Source: a virus. Taken from it: 64,000 bases of DNA. Of this stretch, positions 59,381 to 64,000 are shown piece by piece. The notes beneath the pieces were generated by a model. The model saw nothing but the letters and a program-made list of their open reading frames with translations. It was not told the origin of the DNA and did no database searches. The translations under genes were made by a program, and so were the position numbers. Every line of letters begins with the position of its first letter. Within the stretch, counting starts at the first letter, position 1. Location of the stretch: positions 3,672-67,671 of the IMG/VR virus record IMGVR_UViG_3300036770_004511; one strand, 5' to 3'.

Positions 59381-59598
59381 CCTTTAAGACCGAAGCAGAG
59401 ATTATAGCTTTCTTAGATGGCTATGATCGTGAGGTAAAAGCCTTCAAAGAAGAATTACTGCGTATGTGTTGGTTTATGAGGGGTGGTGTCACCTACAGCG
59501 AAATTATGCAGATGAGTCAGCCAGAAAGAGAGATTATTGCTAACATTATCAAAAGCAATTTGGAAATTACTAAAGAATCTAAAGTTGCATTCTTTTAA
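59356..59598 (+). CDS. -1 frame extension of the gp26-like gene (gp51/'T'-like chaperone domain), likely made by programmed frameshifting
   Basis: Open -1 frame from the slippery site A AAT TTT: FRARLLTFKTEAEIIAFLDGYDREVKAFKEELLRMCWFMRGGVTYSEIMQMSQPEREIIANIIKSNLEITKESKVAFF*; not in the ORF track. Confidence 0.75.
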   Translation, partial: KFFRARLLTFKTEAEIIAFLDGYDREVKAFKEELLRMCWFMRGGVTYSEIMQMSQPEREIIANIIKSNLEITKESKVAFF

Positions 59599-59995
59599 GA
59601 TTTGCTTTCGCAAATCTATTTCTTTCGCTCTCGCTCAGAAATCTTTTTTTTTACTTTTGAAAGAAGGCATTCATCCAGATAATTCAGTCATAATTCGCCC
59701 GTTGCCGGGCGAAAAATAGAGATGCCTTCATCCGAGTGCATCAGCCACTGATTTTGGGAGAGTTGTTTTACAACAGGAGGCGGTTGACCTGTACCCCCAC
59801 TCTTGCCTTCGCGAATGTCAACGGAACCCTGGTCGCACCTATCAGCAGCACGATTTGGGCCTACGGTTGTTTCTTTTTCACAGAGCCGTAACCATTTGAG
59901 ACCTAAAGTTAGTTCTATCCTCGCAATGCCCAAGATCTGACGGTAAATGAATACAGCCTCAATGGGAGTCGAGCAGCCCCGACCAAACACTATTG
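59598..59995 (-). ncRNA. Candidate large structured non-coding RNA
   Basis: About 400 nt without a credible ORF; many helices with G-U pairs on the minus strand, a pseudoknot and a twice-repeated GGAUGAA (details in findings). Confidence 0.6.
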
Positions 59996-59999
59996 CATG

Positions 60000-60506
60000 T
60001 TAACGGCACAAGGCCGCGATGTTTTCTTTGTTTTTGTTAAGGAATTGTTCTAGATCGAATATTTGCCAGACTTGGTGTCTTGATCTGTAGGTAAATGAGC
60101 TAAGGGTTTGGTCCCAGTTTTGATTGTATGGTACTACTACGAATGTGCCTTTGCGTGTGAACTTCATGAACAGAATGTTAAAATCACCCTTGTCAGCTAC
60201 CTCTAACATCTGTTCAATCCATCCGTCTAATTGCTTACATGAGCCTGTGAATAATTGATGAAATGGAAAATCTGCGTAATTTTTTGCTTCAGCGTTCATA
60301 CGACCAAAACTGGGTCCTGGTACTATGTCGCCTTTGCTGTGCCTAATTTGAGCTTCTGATAAATTGTCTTTTCTTGCTGTGTTTTTACCACCAATGTAAG
60401 CACCAGAGTTAGTAACACGAATGAAACTTTCGCCAAACAAGTCTGTTAACCTCTTGGCTATGTCACGTTCGAAACTACTTCCTTTGTTCTTACTTTTTGA
60501 TGGCAT
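60000..60506 (-). CDS. Holliday junction resolvase-like PD-(D/E)XK nuclease
   Basis: SKNKGSSFERDIA, SGA..G, GDI, EAKNY motifs; TATAAGTA upstream (60516-60523). Confidence 0.75.
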   Translation of the reverse strand: MPSKSKNKGSSFERDIAKRLTDLFGESFIRVTNSGAYIGGKNTARKDNLSEAQIRHSKGDIVPGPSFGRMNAEAKNYADFPFHQLFTGSCKQLDGWIEQMLEVADKGDFNILFMKFTRKGTFVVVPYNQNWDQTLSSFTYRSRHQVWQIFDLEQFLNKNKENIAALCR

Positions 60507-60600
60507 TGATTATTTTACTTATACTCGAGTCGAGGTTTTTGTGGGTGGCTTACTGTAGCTTATTATCTTTTTCATTGTGTAATATTGTTTGTTCGTCCCA

Positions 60601-61341
60601 CTAAACCTCTACTTTGATCCTACTCTTACATTTATCACCATGATACATGGTGTAATGATTTTTTGCGACCTTTTTCTCACAATGCTCACAAATCCTTTGA
60701 TTTTCTGGTTTACACATAGGATTATTTGAGCCTGAATTTTTTAGTTTACTCATTGCTTTGTTATACTCAGTTGCCGGCTTACCAAACATCCCATTCTTTT
60801 CGCCCTTGCAACCAACATTGGGGTTTCCTTTGAGGGCAGCAGAAATATTTTTGTTATGAGATTCTGGTCTAGCTTTTGCGTATTCTAAAACTCCTAAACT
60901 TTGATTTTTTCTTCTTTCCTCTGTATATTGTTTCCCGTAGTGCGGGCAAAGCTCTCCTCGTTTACCAAACATAGGATTTTTCTCTCCTTGCCTTGCAATA
61001 CTCTTTTTTTGTCTTGTTTCTGATGACTCTTTCCTGCCTAATCTATTTCCTGGATCCCAATATCCATTGCTTTCATTATAGCTCATGTGGTTAGATTTTG
61101 CGTTTAGAATAGTCAGATAAATTCTTTCTAATTCTCGTATTTCTAAAGGATCTCCGATATCCCAAATTTCATAAACCCAATCATTTCTATTTTCTGTTAT
61201 CAATGTTTTAACTAACAATTTAGAACATTTGTATTTTTCATGATTATTTGGGTGACATCCTTTAGATGATTTTGACCCTATATACCATTTTCCTGTAGAT
61301 ATTTGTGTCCATTTGTAAACATAAGCAAAGGTTGTAGACAT
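60601..61341 (-). mobile_element. Free-standing Seg-like GIY-YIG homing endonuclease with NUMOD3 repeats
   Basis: AYVYKW..STGKWYIGS; E.E..YN; RKESSETRQKKS, NPMFGK, HYGK, NGMFGK; C-terminal CEHC...HGDKC. Confidence 0.85.
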
Positions 61342-61347
61342 ATGATA

Positions 61348-61411
61348 CTCCGATTAGTAATTTGAGGGCTATCCTTGAATCGGCAAGGAAGGAGGATCAG
61401 TCCGTTCGCCC
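61348..61411 (-). promoter_or_regulatory. Structured leader able to occlude the endonuclease RBS
   Basis: GGGC/GCCC closes the hairpin UCCUUG-CCGAUU-CAAGGA; its loop is complementary to AAUCGG, which overlaps the GGAG SD; TAAATA at 61417-61422. Confidence 0.6.
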
Positions 61412-61422
61412 GTAAGTATTTA

Positions 61423-63186
61423 TTACTGAATCGCTGCTTCATACTGCGTAAAACCATTTTGCTTGACAACTTTTAATACATTACTGACACGACTCACTAA
61501 GTCATCTCTGTGACTAACTAACCAAACGCTTTTACTTCTATCTCTGGTTAAAGTTTTAAGTGCAGCAAGAGCATTTTCTACGCCCGAGGAATCGAGGCCG
61601 CTATCAATAAGCTCATCGATAAACAATAAGTTAACTTTATGGTAAAGGCTTTCATACACATCTCGGAAAGCCCAAGACAATGCAAGTATTACTCGGTTTG
61701 ATTCTCCGCGAGATAAATTATAGAAATCTAAATCTCTACCTAACTCAGTTATTTCCACGCTTAGATCATTTTTGAACGCTACTTGATGTGGTAGGCCAAT
61801 TTTTTCTAAGTAATAACTGAGTCTTGTATTTAAGTAATTTAAGTTCTGATCAATGATTTTCTTACGAATAAAACTGTCTTTGTTAGTTAACAATTTTAAC
61901 AGAAACTCTTCGTGTTCGCGAACCTGTACTAGCTCGTTTATGCGATCGTAACTGATTTCTACTAAGGCAGTGGTACGCATCTCGGCAATTTGTTCTGCAT
62001 AGGGATCTAATTCTCCTGCCTTAGCAGTTATTTGTTGCTGCAATCCAGCTAGTGTAGCACGATGCTCGATAGCGTCACTTTCACGATCATAAAATACCGC
62101 AGGCCGGGTTCCGAGCTCACCTAATTCTGCAAGCTGAGCTTGTAACTTGGTGTACTCTGCTTCAGCTGCACTTATTAAGCGTACACTTTCTATACGGTCT
62201 TGTCTGCGTTCCAGCAGTGCTTGGGCTTGTTTAACATCGTGAAAGTCCTGTCCACAGGAATGACACTTATGATTTTCTAAGGCTAGAATTTCTCGATTAA
62301 GTCTAGCTAGTGTTTTATGCTCACGAGAGATTTCGGTTTCGGTTCTGCGAATATCTGTTGTGATTTGTGTAATTTGTTGTTGTCGTTGGCTGTACTCAGA
62401 TAAGGATCTGTGTGCTGCTATTTCTGCATCAATGTCGATTTGGTTGAGTTGATCATAGGCCAACTGCAATTCTTCAACATCTGTTGCATGTTTTTGTAGC
62501 CATAAGGTTTGTCTACGCTCTAGGGCAGCAATTTGTTCTTCGATTCTCTTATTAGCGTCAACTTGGGCACGAATATCTGCTTCGGCTTGGGTAATAGATT
62601 CTTTGCTAGATTTAATACGTTCTTTTAATGTGTCTGCTTTTTCGCTTAGTAGAGTAATGCCTAATAACTGCTCAATGATTTCACGCTGCTCATTGGCACG
62701 CAAACTAAGGAAGGGCAAGGTATATGTGTTAAGAGCCACTATGTGTTGAAACATAGTATGGCTCATACTTAACAATTTTTCAATAGCAGCCTGTGTTTCT
62801 CTACTGTCGCCCTGACTTTCATCAGTGGCTTGCTGTTCTTGTCCACCTACATAGAATTTAAGTATATTAGGCCGTCGTCCGCGCTCAATACGATAATCAA
62901 CACCGTCTTTTTCAAATTCCACAGTGACCAACATGTTTTTGTCGTTGGTTCTGTTGATTAGGTTGTCTTTTTTGATATTAGTTAATGCTGAACCATATAG
63001 GGCATAGCTAACAATGTTTAATAAGGCTGACTTGCCGGTACCATTACGAGCACCAGCATCATCGCCGCCTAGGTCTAGATTTTCGCCCAAGATTAGGGTA
63101 AGATCGTTTCTGTTGAGATTAACACTCTGTGTAACATTGCCTACACTGAGAAAATTACGTGCTGTGACTGATTTTACTGTGATCAT
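61423..63186 (-). CDS. gp46: Recombination endonuclease ATPase subunit (SbcC/Rad50-like), T4 gp46-like
   Basis: RNFLSVGN, Walker A NGTGKS, zinc hook CHSC, signature LSRGE, Walker B LLFIDE, H-loop LVSH. Confidence 0.95.
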   Translation of the reverse strand: MITVKSVTARNFLSVGNVTQSVNLNRNDLTLILGENLDLGGDDAGARNGTGKSALLNIVSYALYGSALTNIKKDNLINRTNDKNMLVTVEFEKDGVDYRIERGRRPNILKFYVGGQEQQATDESQGDSRETQAAIEKLLSMSHTMFQHIVALNTYTLPFLSLRANEQREIIEQLLGITLLSEKADTLKERIKSSKESITQAEADIRAQVDANKRIEEQIAALERRQTLWLQKHATDVEELQLAYDQLNQIDIDAEIAAHRSLSEYSQRQQQITQITTDIRRTETEISREHKTLARLNREILALENHKCHSCGQDFHDVKQAQALLERRQDRIESVRLISAAEAEYTKLQAQLAELGELGTRPAVFYDRESDAIEHRATLAGLQQQITAKAGELDPYAEQIAEMRTTALVEISYDRINELVQVREHEEFLLKLLTNKDSFIRKKIIDQNLNYLNTRLSYYLEKIGLPHQVAFKNDLSVEITELGRDLDFYNLSRGESNRVILALSWAFRDVYESLYHKVNLLFIDELIDSGLDSSGVENALAALKTLTRDRSKSVWLVSHRDDLVSRVSNVLKVVKQNGFTQYEAAIQ

Positions 63187-64000
63187 TAAAGAGTTCTGTA
63201 GATTTCTAGTAATAAGTTGTTATTATACTGATTGCTTTCTATAGCAGTCAATGAGTTGTTTACAATCTGATCTACACTTTGGAATGTGATATTACCCAAT
63301 ATGACCTGTGCTTCTAGATCAGCCTGTGTGTTTGGAATTAGTTTAATTTCCCTACAACCATACTCAGTCATAAAAGTATCACGCAAAAAACCAGCTTCTT
63401 CATAGGTAATATCAATGTTCAAGTTAATCCTAGCATGAGTATTAGGTTTTAATAAAGCAGCAGGATCATCTAGCACAGTGCTGAGATCAAATACACGGTA
63501 TACAGGTTGATCGGGCCAAGCATGATACTCTGGCTCCTTTCCCCATTCTAGGATCATTAAGCCACGTTCGTCGTCTCCGGCATCTGCATAGTTATGTGGG
63601 AAACAGTTACCAATATAGGTAATGTTGCGCTGGGTTTGGCGCTTATGGAAATGTCCAGTAAACACATGCTCAAAGCCACCGAAATGCTCTCTACGTACTT
63701 CCCCGTGGTCTGGCATGGGAACTAGGCTGTTCATATAATAACCGGGCAATTCAAAGTGACCAAAGCAGTACTTGGCTTCTAGTCGAGGAATACGTTTGTG
63801 ATCATCGCCTACTAACCAAGGAGCAACAACAACATCATCCTGTTCAAACCAGTCGTTGACTATTCTGACATTTGGAAGATGTCGCGCCCACTCCACGGAT
63901 TGGATATCTCTACGATCGCGATAATAAAGATCATGATTTCCAGGAATAAAATACACTTGATCAAAATTGGCATTCAGGTGTTCCAGTGCTCGCAAGCTAT
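63186..64000 (-). CDS. gp47: Recombination endonuclease nuclease subunit (SbcD/Mre11-like), T4 gp47-like, 5' truncated
   Basis: GNHD, FGHFE, FTGHFH, YIG metallophosphoesterase motifs; TAATG overlap with gp46. Confidence 0.92.
   Translation of the reverse strand, partial: SLRALEHLNANFDQVYFIPGNHDLYYRDRRDIQSVEWARHLPNVRIVNDWFEQDDVVVAPWLVGDDHKRIPRLEAKYCFGHFELPGYYMNSLVPMPDHGEVRREHFGGFEHVFTGHFHKRQTQRNITYIGNCFPHNYADAGDDERGLMILEWGKEPEYHAWPDQPVYRVFDLSTVLDDPAALLKPNTHARINLNIDITYEEAGFLRDTFMTEYGCREIKLIPNTQADLEAQVILGNITFQSVDQIVNNSLTAIESNQYNNNLLLEIYRTL

Noticed and set aside
59860-59900. gagccgta resembling the start of group II intron domain V
   Set aside because: No GNRA-capped DV helix or DVI, no interrupted gene, no maturase; group I P7 motifs were also not found.
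59960-59985. GGGGCUG..UCGA resembling a tmRNA 5' end or tRNA T-arm
   Set aside because: No matching acceptor stem or CCA end, no tag reading frame and no cloverleaf.
59688-59990. 100-aa minus-strand ORF (and 59537-59719 on plus)
   Set aside because: GTG/TTG starts without SD and no recognisable motifs; the region is better explained by RNA structure.
60550-60603. Short open frame after the endonuclease TAG, suggesting TAG recoding
   Set aside because: Genes are full length in the standard code, and TAG ends conserved genes (portal, protease) at expected positions.

Overview
The window is a 64-kb piece of the late (virion) region of a large T4-like tailed phage, almost all on the minus strand. 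Right end: gp47/gp46 recombination nuclease, a free-standing GIY-YIG/NUMOD3 endonuclease and a Holliday-junction-resolvase-like nuclease. Next come a ~400-nt highly structured non-coding segment, a plus-strand gp26-like tail chaperone with an apparent -1 frameshift extension, and the tape measure protein. The T4-type head module follows (portal gp20, acidic core protein, protease gp21, scaffold gp22, major capsid gp23), then an inverted lipoprotein gene. The left ~48 kb encodes modular fibre and appendage proteins: collagen-like stalks, ten glycine-rich domains, Pro-Thr linkers, SUEL-, LCCL- and fibrinogen-like domains, an S8 protease and a 2OG-Fe(II) oxygenase. Main leads: (1) a repeated N-terminal 'FPSNP' module and a related internal 'APxxPxxGxxW' module suggesting a plug-and-socket branched fibre system; (2) the G/GT-type frameshift; (3) a pseudoknotted ncRNA candidate and two structured 5' leaders; (4) TAAATA late promoters built on upstream stop codons and driving apparently leaderless genes. 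All family assignments are from motif recognition by eye; no database search was run. No tRNA, rRNA or CRISPR array was seen.
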